Of a stretch of DNA of 64,000 nt, positions 17,826 to 27,295 are shown piece after piece. A program made the position numbers and the translations under genes. The stretch is from the NCBI GenBank assembly GCA_038214755.1, contig JBBQRQ010000014.1, positions 1 through 64,000 of the forward strand, in the 5' to 3' direction. This DNA is from Verrucomicrobiota bacterium (GTDB lineage: Bacteria > Verrucomicrobiota > Verrucomicrobiia > Limisphaerales > CANJXF01). The notes under the pieces were generated by a model that made no database searches, was not told the DNA's origin, and worked only from the letters and a program-made list of their open reading frames with translations. Each line of letters starts with the position of its first letter. Position 1 is the first letter of the stretch.

Positions 17826-19745
17826 TTACGGATTGGTATTATAATCAAACCCGCGCAAACCACTGAAGCCGTAAATTTTTAAGCTCTCCCCCACATGTAA
17901 AGTGTTGGGTTCTGAGTTACGTTTCGCGGTATCATGGGCCGTAAACAAAGTGCGATTATTTAAACCCCACAATGCGAAGAAATTTATCCGGTAAGCCGGG
18001 AACTGCCACGGAATTTTATTCAAGACTGCGAAAGTTTTATAATCCGTCCAGCCCGAAAAAGCGGAGGGCCGCAAATTATTTTTAGAATATTCTTCGATCA
18101 ATACATTCTCCTTTTTCCTTATTCCAAAACTTAATGGCCAATCTCCGTTGGCTGTGTTGCACCCGTCTAAGAAAACGTAGCGGTAATGGTGCCGGTTGGT
18201 CGAGGTGCTCGTGATATTCAAGAATGCCGCAACTTCGGCGCTAGTGAGAAACCGAATTGCATTCGGCGATGACCCCAGTTTGCTTTTATTTCCGTGACCG
18301 AAATAATAAAAATTACGAGCTTGATAGGTCTGCAACGCCCACTTGAGTTGCGTCCATCCCCAAGTCTGATTCGTATAGGAAACGATATTGGTGTCGTAAA
18401 GGCCGCCAAAATAATTGCCGGGATAATTCGGATTGGGGTTGATATTTCCACCGAGAACGGATGCCATTCGAAAAGCAGAAAGCACCTGGTTTTGCATATT
18501 CGGTTGTTCCGACTGGTTCTTAAAATCCTCATTTTTAAAAGCAAAGACATTTTGAAAGGCAACTACCCATCCGCCAACGGAGGGGAAGTTATCGGTGACT
18601 TTGAACTTGGGAGGATTGACTTTTATTTTTGAGCCTCCCTGGAACGTCGTCGTTGTGACCGAGTAAAAAACCGGGCTTGCGTTGGTGTGTCCTTGGCCGT
18701 CTGTTCCATCCCAAACCACTTCGATTTTTCCATCAGTCGTGTGATTGGTGAAACTTCCCAAATAGCTGAACTGATCATCATAAATGTCGATTTGCCAATC
18801 CACATCCAAATGATCTGACGAAACATTGAGCGATAAGGATCCTTCCCCGAAATTATCTACCCATTCGGGAAAGGAGATTTCGTTGAATATGTTTACTTCT
18901 ATCGAGGGACTGTCGGCCTGATACAGCGAAATAAGGGCCTCTGTTTCGTCTTCTTCGTTGGTCGATAAATTCCAGGTCGCCTGTGCTTGGAGCGCATTTA
19001 CGCCATTGTTCAAACGAGTCGTATCGATCGTAAAAACTAAATTTGTAAAAGGAGGCAAGAATGTATTGACACCAGGAATACTTGTTCCGTTTGCACTGAG
19101 AGTAACACTTTGCAATTTTCCTCCGTCGTTACCAACTTCGATTTGGATGGTAACGGTATTTGATAAAGCCATTCCATTCGTGATGGCAAATAACTGAACG
19201 CCATTTCTGACCACGCGATAAAATGCGGAGCAAGAACTGCCGTCGCCATCAGAGTCTTCAGGAGTTGGATTATCCAACTCGCTGTTCGAGGAACTGGATT
19301 TGTCATGTTTTGTTGAATTATTGGCAACCCACGTCGAGGTATCCCATGGGAGTGGCGGCAGCGGTGGCAACGGCGGAAATGAATCCTCTTTGCTCGATTG
19401 CGAGGATGAGGAAAAACCGGGCGAAGGCGGTCCGCCTTCACTGCCTCCTGAACTATTGGTGACGCCAGCCGGAACACAAGCGGCACCCGTGTGAACAAAA
19501 GTCGTAACGTTTGTTCCATCCAATGCCGGATAAAAATTAGTCAAGGTTTGCCAGGCATCATTCGTACCGATACTCGCGCGGCTTTGAATAATAAACGTCT
19601 CGCCGCTGGTTGGATCACTCGGCCAAGATAGAACCACGTTGCTGCTCTGAATAGATAAGGTCAGCCCTTCAATCGCGAATGTTTGTACAGCCGAGACAAC
19701 CATTATCGCAACGACAACGACGATTCTTTTGATGGTGATTTTCAT
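17826..19745 (-). CDS. Secreted Ig-like/FlgD-like protein with C-terminal caspase-fold (clan CD) domain
   Basis: Signal peptide; WDGTDGQG; FYYFGHG ... YVFLDGC. Paralog of 56160..58016. Confidence 0.7.
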   Translation of the reverse strand: MKITIKRIVVVVAIMVVSAVQTFAIEGLTLSIQSSNVVLSWPSDPTSGETFIIQSRASIGTNDAWQTLTNFYPALDGTNVTTFVHTGAACVPAGVTNSSGGSEGGPPSPGFSSSSQSSKEDSFPPLPPLPPLPWDTSTWVANNSTKHDKSSSSNSELDNPTPEDSDGDGSSCSAFYRVVRNGVQLFAITNGMALSNTVTIQIEVGNDGGKLQSVTLSANGTSIPGVNTFLPPFTNLVFTIDTTRLNNGVNALQAQATWNLSTNEEDETEALISLYQADSPSIEVNIFNEISFPEWVDNFGEGSLSLNVSSDHLDVDWQIDIYDDQFSYLGSFTNHTTDGKIEVVWDGTDGQGHTNASPVFYSVTTTTFQGGSKIKVNPPKFKVTDNFPSVGGWVVAFQNVFAFKNEDFKNQSEQPNMQNQVLSAFRMASVLGGNINPNPNYPGNYFGGLYDTNIVSYTNQTWGWTQLKWALQTYQARNFYYFGHGNKSKLGSSPNAIRFLTSAEVAAFLNITSTSTNRHHYRYVFLDGCNTANGDWPLSFGIRKKENVLIEEYSKNNLRPSAFSGWTDYKTFAVLNKIPWQFPAYRINFFALWGLNNRTLFTAHDTAKRNSEPNTLHVGESLKIYGFSGLRGFDYNTNP

Positions 19746-19931
19746 ATTGTGATTTCTATTTTCCCCGCTGGACTCCCGTCGCGGTTTTAATTGTTGGTTA
19801 TTGTTTCATCAACGCAATGGAAATGAGTGCTTTGTTTTTAGGTCAGCGGCGCGACTCGTTCCACTTCATAATGGCCAACAACTACCTTTAGATAGTGTGC
19901 GTGTCAATCACCGAAATTCACTCTGTGATGC

Positions 19932-20231
19932 GTGCAAGAATCGGCTGCAACGAGATTCCAGAAACGACTGCAAGAACTGCGTCGAAGTCGCGGCTGGACG
20001 CAGGAAAAAGCTGCCGAGTTTTGCGGCGTCGGCTATAAACTATATCAGCTTTATGAACTCGGGATTAAGGTGAATCCTGGACTTCTCACCCTTGAAAAAA
20101 TTGCCTCTGGATATGAGTTGGACATTTCCGAACTTCTCGCTCCGACCTTCATCGAGAGGACAAGGATGGCAAAAGCCCCGCAAGGTTCGCAGAGCGAGCA
20201 AATGCGAAAGAAGAGAAATCAAAAGCGGTAA
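19932..20231 (+). CDS. Xre-family HTH regulator
   Basis: LQELRRSRGWTQEKAAE..YQLYELG..NPGLLTLEKIA. Confidence 0.9.
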   Translation: MQESAATRFQKRLQELRRSRGWTQEKAAEFCGVGYKLYQLYELGIKVNPGLLTLEKIASGYELDISELLAPTFIERTRMAKAPQGSQSEQMRKKRNQKR

Positions 20232-20264
20232 AATCCTTCCGGGGGCCGAAGAGCCGTTTTAGAA

Positions 20265-22109
20265 TTAAACCAACTCTTTCACCTTCTTCACAATCGCCGC
20301 CGCGTCCAGACCGTATTTCGCCAGCAATTCTTCCGGCTTGCCGGAGCGCGGCAACTCGAACACCGCGAGTTTGTGGACTTTGATTCCGTCGCCGCTCAGT
20401 TCGCCCGCGACCGTGTCGCCCAAACCGCCTTCGGGATAATGATCTTCCACGGTAAGAACGAGGTTGTTCGTTTTTTGCGCGGCGGCTTTGATCACGTCTT
20501 TTGCCAACGGCTTCACGCTGTAGGCGTCGATGACCGTGATCGTGATTCCGTCCTTCGCCAAAATGTCGGCGGCTTTCAACGCTTCAAACAAAGTGACGCC
20601 AGCGGAAACGACCGTGAGTTTGTCGCCGGCGTTTTGTTTCAAAACTTTCGCGCCGCCGATGGGGAATTTTTCGTCGTTGCCGTAAATGACCGGCGTTTTC
20701 GGACGCGACGTGCGGAGATACGAAATGCCTTTGTGCTCCGCCATTTGTTCGAGACATTTTTCAGCGCAGACCGCGTCGCTCGGATAGAACACGATGCTTC
20801 CGGGCAACGCGCGCATCATGCCGAGATCTTCCAGCGCCATTTGCGAGCCGCCATCTTCGCCGATGCTCACGCCAACATGCGAGCCAACCATTTTGACGTT
20901 CGCGTGAGAAATCGCGCCCATGCGAATCTGGTCGTGCGCGCGGGAGAAAAACGCAGCGAACGTGGAAGCGAACGGAATTTTTTTCAACGCGGCAAAACCA
21001 ATTGCCACGCCCACCATGTTTTGTTCGGCGATAAAACATTCGGTGAAACGTTCCGGGAATTTTTTGTAAAACTTTTCCGAGTAAGTGGAATTTTTCGTGT
21101 CGCCATCCATCGCGACGATGCGCGCATCCGCTTCGCCCAGACGAACGAGCGCCGCGCCGTAAGCTTCGCGCGTGGCGATCTTGTCGCCGAGTTTGTAATT
21201 GATTGGGGGGTAGCTCGCGGGCGGTTCGGTGTTCGGCTCGGTGACTTGAGTCGGTTTCGGAATTCCCACGCCAAGACCGGATTTCGCTTTCGGCTGCAAT
21301 TCGGCGATGGCGCGTTCGGCTTCTTCTTTGTTGAGCGCTTTGCCGTGCCAGCCTTCTTTGTCGTCCGCGCCCAAAATGCCGTGGCCTTTCGTCGTCTTGG
21401 CGATGATGGCGAGCGGTTTTTCATCCGCGCCAACGAACGCGAGCACTTCCAAAATTTCTTCCATGTCGTGGCCGTCGATCACTTCCGTGCGCCAGCCGAA
21501 AGCTTGAAAACGTTTTTCATAAACTTCGGTGTGATGGCCGAACGCGGTTTCCTGGCTTTGACCGAGGCGATTCACGTCGATGAGCGCGACAAGATTGTTG
21601 AGCTTGTAAGTGCCCGCGAGCGACGCGGCTTCCCAGACGCTACCTTCCGCGCATTCGCCGTCGCCGAGCAGGACGTAAGTTTTGTAATCGAATTTATCGA
21701 GGCGCGCATTCAACGCCATGCCGACACCGACGCTGAGTCCTTGCCCAAGCGAACCGCTCGCGACATCGACGAAGGGCAGGCGCGGAGTGGGATGGCCTTC
21801 GAGGTCGTTGCCGAGTTCGCGGAGTTTCGTGAGTTCGCTGATTGGAACAACGCCGTTCTCAGCCCAAGCCGCGTAGAGCAACGGCGCAGCGTGACCTTTC
21901 GACAAAATGAAACGGTCGTTGTTGGCGTAGTGCGGATTCTTCGGGTCGTAACGCATTTGCCCGAAGAACAACGCGGCGGCGAGATCAGCCGCCGAAGCGC
22001 AAGAAGTTGGGTGACCACTTCCCGCAGCGGTGGTGGCGGCGATGGAATGAATGCGAAGTTGATTGGCGATTCCGGAAAGTAATTCGGCAGAGACGTCGGG
22101 ATTATTCAT
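20265..22109 (-). CDS. tkt: Transketolase
   Basis: SGHP, SKGHA, LEGHP, GSLGQG, GDGE..EG..WEA, IAEQ, GEDG. Confidence 0.95.
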   Translation of the reverse strand: MNNPDVSAELLSGIANQLRIHSIAATTAAGSGHPTSCASAADLAAALFFGQMRYDPKNPHYANNDRFILSKGHAAPLLYAAWAENGVVPISELTKLRELGNDLEGHPTPRLPFVDVASGSLGQGLSVGVGMALNARLDKFDYKTYVLLGDGECAEGSVWEAASLAGTYKLNNLVALIDVNRLGQSQETAFGHHTEVYEKRFQAFGWRTEVIDGHDMEEILEVLAFVGADEKPLAIIAKTTKGHGILGADDKEGWHGKALNKEEAERAIAELQPKAKSGLGVGIPKPTQVTEPNTEPPASYPPINYKLGDKIATREAYGAALVRLGEADARIVAMDGDTKNSTYSEKFYKKFPERFTECFIAEQNMVGVAIGFAALKKIPFASTFAAFFSRAHDQIRMGAISHANVKMVGSHVGVSIGEDGGSQMALEDLGMMRALPGSIVFYPSDAVCAEKCLEQMAEHKGISYLRTSRPKTPVIYGNDEKFPIGGAKVLKQNAGDKLTVVSAGVTLFEALKAADILAKDGITITVIDAYSVKPLAKDVIKAAAQKTNNLVLTVEDHYPEGGLGDTVAGELSGDGIKVHKLAVFELPRSGKPEELLAKYGLDAAAIVKKVKELV

Positions 22110-22229
22110 GGCAATTGGTTTTGTTTTATTTCAGGCCGCAAACTGTAAAAACCGAACATTGAAAAGGGAAGGAAGATTTGAAAAAACACTGCTGTTCGCA
22201 AGGCAGCCGTTGCGCGAACAAAATTTCCG

Positions 22230-22496
22230 TCAGGAAGAAGATTCGTCCAACTCCCGCGCCTGCCGCTTCAGGATGGCGACGAATTTATTTGCTCGAACGT
22301 AGCCGGCGTATTCTGCTTTTTCTGCTTCAGTGAGATGCCCCTCGGTCGATTTGCGAGCCAATTCTTCAATGCGGGCCTGAAGTTCTGGAGCCGCGCGAAA
22401 GTTCAACACGGCGTTTGCTTTTTCGGGAAAAACGATTTGTAACAACGGACGAATTCCCCGATGAAATGCCGCAGTTTCAAGAACAGAAATTGTCAT
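22230..22496 (-). CDS. Small hypothetical antitoxin-like protein
   Basis: LQARIEELARKSTEGHLTEAEKAEY; sits in a TA neighbourhood. Confidence 0.65.
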   Translation of the reverse strand: MTISVLETAAFHRGIRPLLQIVFPEKANAVLNFRAAPELQARIEELARKSTEGHLTEAEKAEYAGYVRANKFVAILKRQARELDESSS

Positions 22497-22598
22497 AAAC
22501 TTTGGCTTCCTTCGTCTCAATGTGCTGAGTGCTGGAACCCAACGCAACCACCGCGAGCGCTAGTTCAAGCAGATGTTTGTTCCAAATCTGTCCACGGG

Positions 22599-22991
22599 TT
22601 AAAAGGTTGCAGCGTGTCGAAAATCTTCTGTGTTGCGAGTTGCAACCACCGCTCCGTAACGAAGAGCCATCGCATCAATCAGGCTATCCCAAAGCGGCTG
22701 AGGCTTGCGTTTAACTTCGGGCGAATGTTTGAGGCGTCCCCAAATACGCGCGGTTTCACCGTCCCAATTCAAAACCAAAGCGCCATGCATTATAAGAAAT
22801 TCATCTAAACGGGAATTGATCTCTGCTTTCCGTGCGGCGCTGGGAGACGCTTCCGCGCCCTCTTGAATTTCCGCGATGACAGGCGCGGGCAAAAACCATT
22901 CGGCTTTTTCCACCCAGGAAACGACTGCGGCATTTGGTTGTGGTTTCCAAAGCTCAGAAAGGACATTGCTGTCCAGGAGAAACGGCTTCAT
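22599..22991 (-). CDS. PIN-domain toxin, C-terminal frameshift
   Basis: FLLDSNVLSE..DSLI..VATRNTEDF. Removing one T at 22601-22604 restores TFNPWTDLEQTSA*. Confidence 0.8.
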   Translation of the reverse strand: MKPFLLDSNVLSELWKPQPNAAVVSWVEKAEWFLPAPVIAEIQEGAEASPSAARKAEINSRLDEFLIMHGALVLNWDGETARIWGRLKHSPEVKRKPQPLWDSLIDAMALRYGAVVATRNTEDFRHAATF

Positions 22992-23185
22992 TTCCTCGCA
23001 GGCAACACAACTGGCCCAATGGCGCGCAAGGCGGCGAGAGCGGCTTTCCGATCCATTTTCGCAATAGGAATTATTTCAGCGCAAGCCTCGCCCTGGTCGG
23101 TCAAAATAAGTTTTTGCCCGTCGTGAATCACCGGGCGAATGACTCTATCAGTCTCACGATGGAGTTCCGCTAACGTTGCTTGCAT
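22988..23185 (-). CDS. Phd/YefM-like antitoxin
   Basis: MQATLAELHRETDRVIRPV..LILTDQG..AEIIP; ATGA-coupled to the PIN gene. Confidence 0.75.
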   Translation of the reverse strand: MQATLAELHRETDRVIRPVIHDGQKLILTDQGEACAEIIPIAKMDRKAALAALRAIGPVVLPARK

Positions 23186-23245
23186 AAAAAGAAAATACAC
23201 GTATGCCGAAGACAGGCAACTCTTGGGTTGTCGCTTCCAATTCTT

Positions 23246-24238
23246 CTAACTCACTCGCGGCACCGGAATATCCGTCATCAACAACAAACCAGCATTCGCT
23301 TTCAAAACATTCGGCACGGCATTTACCAATGCCGCCACCGTCGCGCGGTCTCCGTGAACGCCGCCGGGCAACACGGCATCGATGGGCGGATCGCCGATGA
23401 CCTTCACCGCGTCGTGCGGATTTTCCGCGTCGAGATACATTTTCAAATCGAGAATCAAATTCGTTTTGCCATCGACGCCCGCTTCCGCGCGATGATGGAT
23501 GCCGCACGTCAAACCCTTTTTCACCTCGAGAAATTCCGTTTTGATATTGCGCGGCGCGATCATCGGCTCACACGTTTCTTCGATTTTGCCAATTTTCCAA
23601 TTCAAACAATGCGCGACCAATGCGAGTGATTCGACCAGACCGACGTGACCCATTTTGTTTTCGCGAAACAGTTTCCGAAACTCGTCCGGCTCTAAACCGC
23701 TACCAATTTTTTTCTGGAGCGGCATACGGCGGAGCGAAGCATTCACCACGCGCTCGATTTCGATCTTTTCCACGTTGCGGCAAACGCCGGTCAGAAAAAT
23801 CGCAAGCGTATCCATGACGTAGCCGGGATTCACGCCGGTTCCGAGAACGCGCGCATTATGTTTGCGGCAAAGCGCGTCGAGTCTTTTCGCCAGCGTCGGT
23901 TCCTTTAGCTGAGGGAAAAGCAATTCCTCGCACGACGACACGACGCTCACGCCCGCTCGGACAATTGGTTCCAGTTGTGGAAACGCCGTCTTCATCCGCG
24001 AAACGGAGGTGTGGAAAACGACGGCGGGTTTCGAGTGTTTCGCCAGCTCGTCGAACGTGGAATAAACGCGGCACTTCTCCAGTCCTTTGATGCCGGCGAC
24101 TTCCGCGAGTGATTTTCCAACTTTACTCGGATCAATATCAACGCCGCCGACAATTTCCACCCACGGTTTTGTCGCGGCGAGTTTCAGCGTTTCAATTCCA
24201 ATCGGGCCTAGTCCGAACTGGGCGATTCTAATTTTCAT
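23246..24238 (-). CDS. DapB-like NAD(P)-dependent amine dehydrogenase (2,4-diaminopentanoate dehydrogenase family)
   Basis: GLGPIG Rossmann motif, SSCEEL, GTGVNPG, HVGL.ES, GD.AT. Confidence 0.8.
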   Translation of the reverse strand: MKIRIAQFGLGPIGIETLKLAATKPWVEIVGGVDIDPSKVGKSLAEVAGIKGLEKCRVYSTFDELAKHSKPAVVFHTSVSRMKTAFPQLEPIVRAGVSVVSSCEELLFPQLKEPTLAKRLDALCRKHNARVLGTGVNPGYVMDTLAIFLTGVCRNVEKIEIERVVNASLRRMPLQKKIGSGLEPDEFRKLFRENKMGHVGLVESLALVAHCLNWKIGKIEETCEPMIAPRNIKTEFLEVKKGLTCGIHHRAEAGVDGKTNLILDLKMYLDAENPHDAVKVIGDPPIDAVLPGGVHGDRATVAALVNAVPNVLKANAGLLLMTDIPVPRVS

Positions 24239-24404
24239 TTTGTCGCCGATGAATAGAGAACACGCAGAAGTTTGACAACAAAAACTGGACGCGCCGCCGA
24301 TTAATCTTTAGAAGCCGTCAGCCCGATGTGAAGAGCGCGGCATTCACGCCTCCTCAATTTTCAAGTGCAGAAAATTTTTCAAAATAAATTTGTCGCGTTA
24401 GACC

Positions 24405-24619
24405 GTAGCCGCCGACGTGAGGAGGCGGAAGTTGAAGGCGCGATGCCCAAACCAATCGGAGCGCGGACAGCCTTGGCCGCGCGTTTTGAAACGGAAAAAA
24501 ATCCAGGCGTTTTCAACATTTCCGATTCGCGCGGACAAGGCTGTCCGCGCTCCTTTCCCGCTGGGCAACACGCCCTTGAGAGCCTTGCTGCAATCCGCCT
24601 CCTCACGTCGGCGGCTACC
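24405..24619. repeat. Nested palindromic element: GTAGCCGCCGAC REP pair enclosing a MITE
   Basis: Outer gtagccgccgacgtgaggaggcgga/tccgcctcctcacgtcggcggctac; inner ggagcgcggac../..gtccgcgctcc. Confidence 0.85.
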
Positions 24620-24666
24620 GGTTCGTGTCACATCTTCACCTCCAAAATCCGCGCCCCATTTTCCTC

Positions 24667-25944
24667 ATGATTTTCTCCGCGTGGATTTTTGTTCTCATGG
24701 CGATTCCAGTTCTTCTGCTGGGGGAATTTCTCGTGCGCAAAATAAAACTGCTCTCGCGTTTTAATATTCCCGCGCCGGTCGTCGGAGGTCTGTTGATTTC
24801 GCTCGCGGTTTTGTTTGGGAAAATTTCCGGCCTCTTCAATTTTGAATTCACGACGAAGGTCGATGCGAGATGGTGGACGTGGCTGGTCACGACGGAAATC
24901 GATTGGGCGAAAAATCCCGTCGTGGAAGCGCAACGCCCGTTTCTCGTCGCATTTTTTACCTGCATCGGTTTGAACGCGAGCTGGGCTTTGGCAAAAAAAG
25001 GAAGCGTGCAGGTCGTAATTTTTCTCGCCATCGCGACCGTCCTGGCCGTCATCCAAAATAGTGTCGGAGTGCTGCTGGCAAAATTATTGGGCGTTTCCCC
25101 GTTGCTCGGATTGGTCTGCGGCAGCGTGACGATGACGGGCGGCCACGGCACCGCGCTTGGTTTTGCTTCGCTGCTGGAAAAATCGGGACTGCCGGGAGCG
25201 GGAGTTCTCGGGGTGGCCGCGGCGACTTTCGGCCTGGTCACTGGCGGGCTGATCGGCGGGCCGATTGGCGGGCGGTTGATTCAAAAAAATAAATTGAAAT
25301 CGAGCGCGACAGCGGAAACGCATCTCGAAATGGCGGCGGACAAAGAATCTGGAATTCTAAAAGATTTTCGCGCGCTCATTGGATTCGGGAAAAACTTTCT
25401 GCTGCATTTCATCGTCCTGCTCGTCTGCATAAAACTAGGCGCGTGGTTGAGTTACTTTATTCAGCAAACCAGAATGACTTTTCCAGTTTACATGGGCGCG
25501 ATGTTGCTCGGAGTCATCGTGCGCAACGCGGTTGATTCCAGTGGCGGTCGCTGGATCAAAACTGAAATCGTGGACGCGCTCGGCTCAGTCGCGCTCGGAT
25601 TATTTTTGGCGATTGCGATGATGAGTTTGAACCTCGTGGAATTGGCGAATGCGGCGGTGCCGATGCTGATTATTCTTTCAGTTCAAGTTGCGATCATGGC
25701 GGCATTTGCCTGGTTCGTTACGTTTCGCGCAATGGGCCGCGACTTTGATGCAGCGGTGATCGCGGGCGGCCATTGCGGTTTTGGATTAGGCGCGACGCCC
25801 AACGCCGTCGCCAACATGAAATCGCTCGTGGAAAATTTTGGCGCTGCGCCGCGCGCATTTCTCGTCGTGCCCATCGTCGGCGGATTTCTCATCGACTTCG
25901 CCAACGCCATTTGCATCACCGCTTTTATTAATCTGGTGAAATGA
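24667..25944 (+). CDS. gltS: Sodium/glutamate symporter
   Basis: IPAPVVGGL, FFTCIG, GGHGT, AATFGLV.GGLIGGP, GATPNA.ANM. Confidence 0.92.
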   Translation: MIFSAWIFVLMAIPVLLLGEFLVRKIKLLSRFNIPAPVVGGLLISLAVLFGKISGLFNFEFTTKVDARWWTWLVTTEIDWAKNPVVEAQRPFLVAFFTCIGLNASWALAKKGSVQVVIFLAIATVLAVIQNSVGVLLAKLLGVSPLLGLVCGSVTMTGGHGTALGFASLLEKSGLPGAGVLGVAAATFGLVTGGLIGGPIGGRLIQKNKLKSSATAETHLEMAADKESGILKDFRALIGFGKNFLLHFIVLLVCIKLGAWLSYFIQQTRMTFPVYMGAMLLGVIVRNAVDSSGGRWIKTEIVDALGSVALGLFLAIAMMSLNLVELANAAVPMLIILSVQVAIMAAFAWFVTFRAMGRDFDAAVIAGGHCGFGLGATPNAVANMKSLVENFGAAPRAFLVVPIVGGFLIDFANAICITAFINLVK

Positions 25945-26027
25945 AATGGGCGCGATCGTAGCCGCCACAAAAACGCGAGATGAGGTCAACGAACTTGTAA
26001 TGAGAGGAGCATCGGAGGTCCGCCAGG

Positions 26028-26110
26028 TCTTGGAGTGCGCCTGTCCTTTGGCGCTTTTGAAATACGGCTGATGTCCAAAGCGGCAGAGGACTGCCGCACT
26101 CCAAGACGCT
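26028..26110. repeat. REP-type pair (TTGGAGTGCG family); also at 44075-44175
   Basis: tcttggagtgcg...cgcactccaaga. Confidence 0.8.
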
Positions 26111-26189
26111 ATCGCGCGGGTTTGGCGCCAAACTCAATTCGGCCCTTCGCGGGCGGGCGGAATATCAAAGCACCGCAGGAACCGCCTCC

Positions 26190-27170
26190 TCACGTCGGCG
26201 GATTCCTTCCAATTTTCGCGCGAAAATATTCGATCGTCTTGACCAATCCTTCGGCCAGCGGGACGCGCGGTTCCCATTTTAAAATTTTCCGGGCGCGAGT
26301 GATGTCGGGTTTGCGCTGTTTGGGGTCGTCTTGCGGCAAGGGTTTGTGAACGATTTTGCTGCGGGAATTTGTCGCTTGAATTATTTCACGGGCGAATTGG
26401 AGCATGGTCATCTCCGTTGGGTTTCCAATATTCACAGGGAGATTTGTGTCGCTCATCATCAAGCGATAAATGCCTTCCATCAAATCCGAGCAGTAACAGA
26501 AGCTGCGCGTTTGCGTGCCGTCCCCAAAAATCGTTACAGGTTTGTTTTGCAAGGCCTGGCTGATGAAAGCGGGGACGACGCGGCCATCGTTGATTCTCAT
26601 GCGCGGGCCGTAAGTGTTGAAGATGCGGACAATTTTTGTGTCGATGCGGTGCTCGCGATGATAGGCCATGGCGAGCGCTTCGCCAAAACGTTTTGATTCA
26701 TCGTAACAACCGCGCGGGCCGATGGTGTTGACGTTGCCCCAGTAATCTTCGGTTTGCGGATGGACCAGCGGATCGCCGTAAATTTCGGACGTGGACGCGA
26801 TGAGAAATTTTGCGCCTTTTTCTTTGGCGAGGCCGAGAGCTTTGTGGGTGCCGAGCGAGCCGACTTTCAAAGTTTGGATGGGCAATTCGAGATAATCAAT
26901 CGGGCTGGCGGGCGAAGCGAAATGCCAGATGTAATCGACCGGCTCCTGGAGAAAAAGAAATTCGGTCACGTCCTGCTGGATGAACTTGAAATTTTTATTT
27001 CCCGCCAGATGCGAAATGTTGTCCACGCTGCCGGTGACAAAATTATCGATGGCGATGACTTTGTGTCCACGCGCGATCAACAAATCGGAAAGGTGTGAGC
27101 CGAGAAATCCCGCGCCGCCGGTGACGACGGAGATGGGCTGTTGGGTTTTGAGAGTTTTTTTCTTCGCCAT
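26190..27170 (-). CDS. UDP-glucuronate decarboxylase (SDR epimerase/dehydratase)
   Basis: [47 protein letters not shown]. Confidence 0.92.
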   Translation of the reverse strand: MAKKKTLKTQQPISVVTGGAGFLGSHLSDLLIARGHKVIAIDNFVTGSVDNISHLAGNKNFKFIQQDVTEFLFLQEPVDYIWHFASPASPIDYLELPIQTLKVGSLGTHKALGLAKEKGAKFLIASTSEIYGDPLVHPQTEDYWGNVNTIGPRGCYDESKRFGEALAMAYHREHRIDTKIVRIFNTYGPRMRINDGRVVPAFISQALQNKPVTIFGDGTQTRSFCYCSDLMEGIYRLMMSDTNLPVNIGNPTEMTMLQFAREIIQATNSRSKIVHKPLPQDDPKQRKPDITRARKILKWEPRVPLAEGLVKTIEYFRAKIGRNPPT

Positions 27171-27194
27171 CAAATTGATTTTGCTGAAAGGCGG

Positions 27195-27295
27195 AAAGGG
27201 AGCAAGGGAGAAAAGGAGAAGGTGAGAAAGTGAGAAGGTGGGAAGTGCGAGTGCTCCCTTTCCCACTTTCTCACCTTCCCACTTTCACTTCTACT
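27195..27295. repeat. Inverted heptamer-type arrays (GTGAGAA / TTCCCAC)
   Basis: A purine-rich array faces its complement. Confidence 0.75.

Noticed and set aside
15930..20873. DGR template/variable repeat pair or prophage att sites
   Set aside because: There is no reverse transcriptase or integrase, the differences are mostly synonymous rather than adenine-specific, and the repeat is far longer than an att core.
20373..22082. 569-aa plus-strand ORF (also 38767-40014, 15894-16631 and similar)
   Set aside because: Antisense shadows of well-supported genes.
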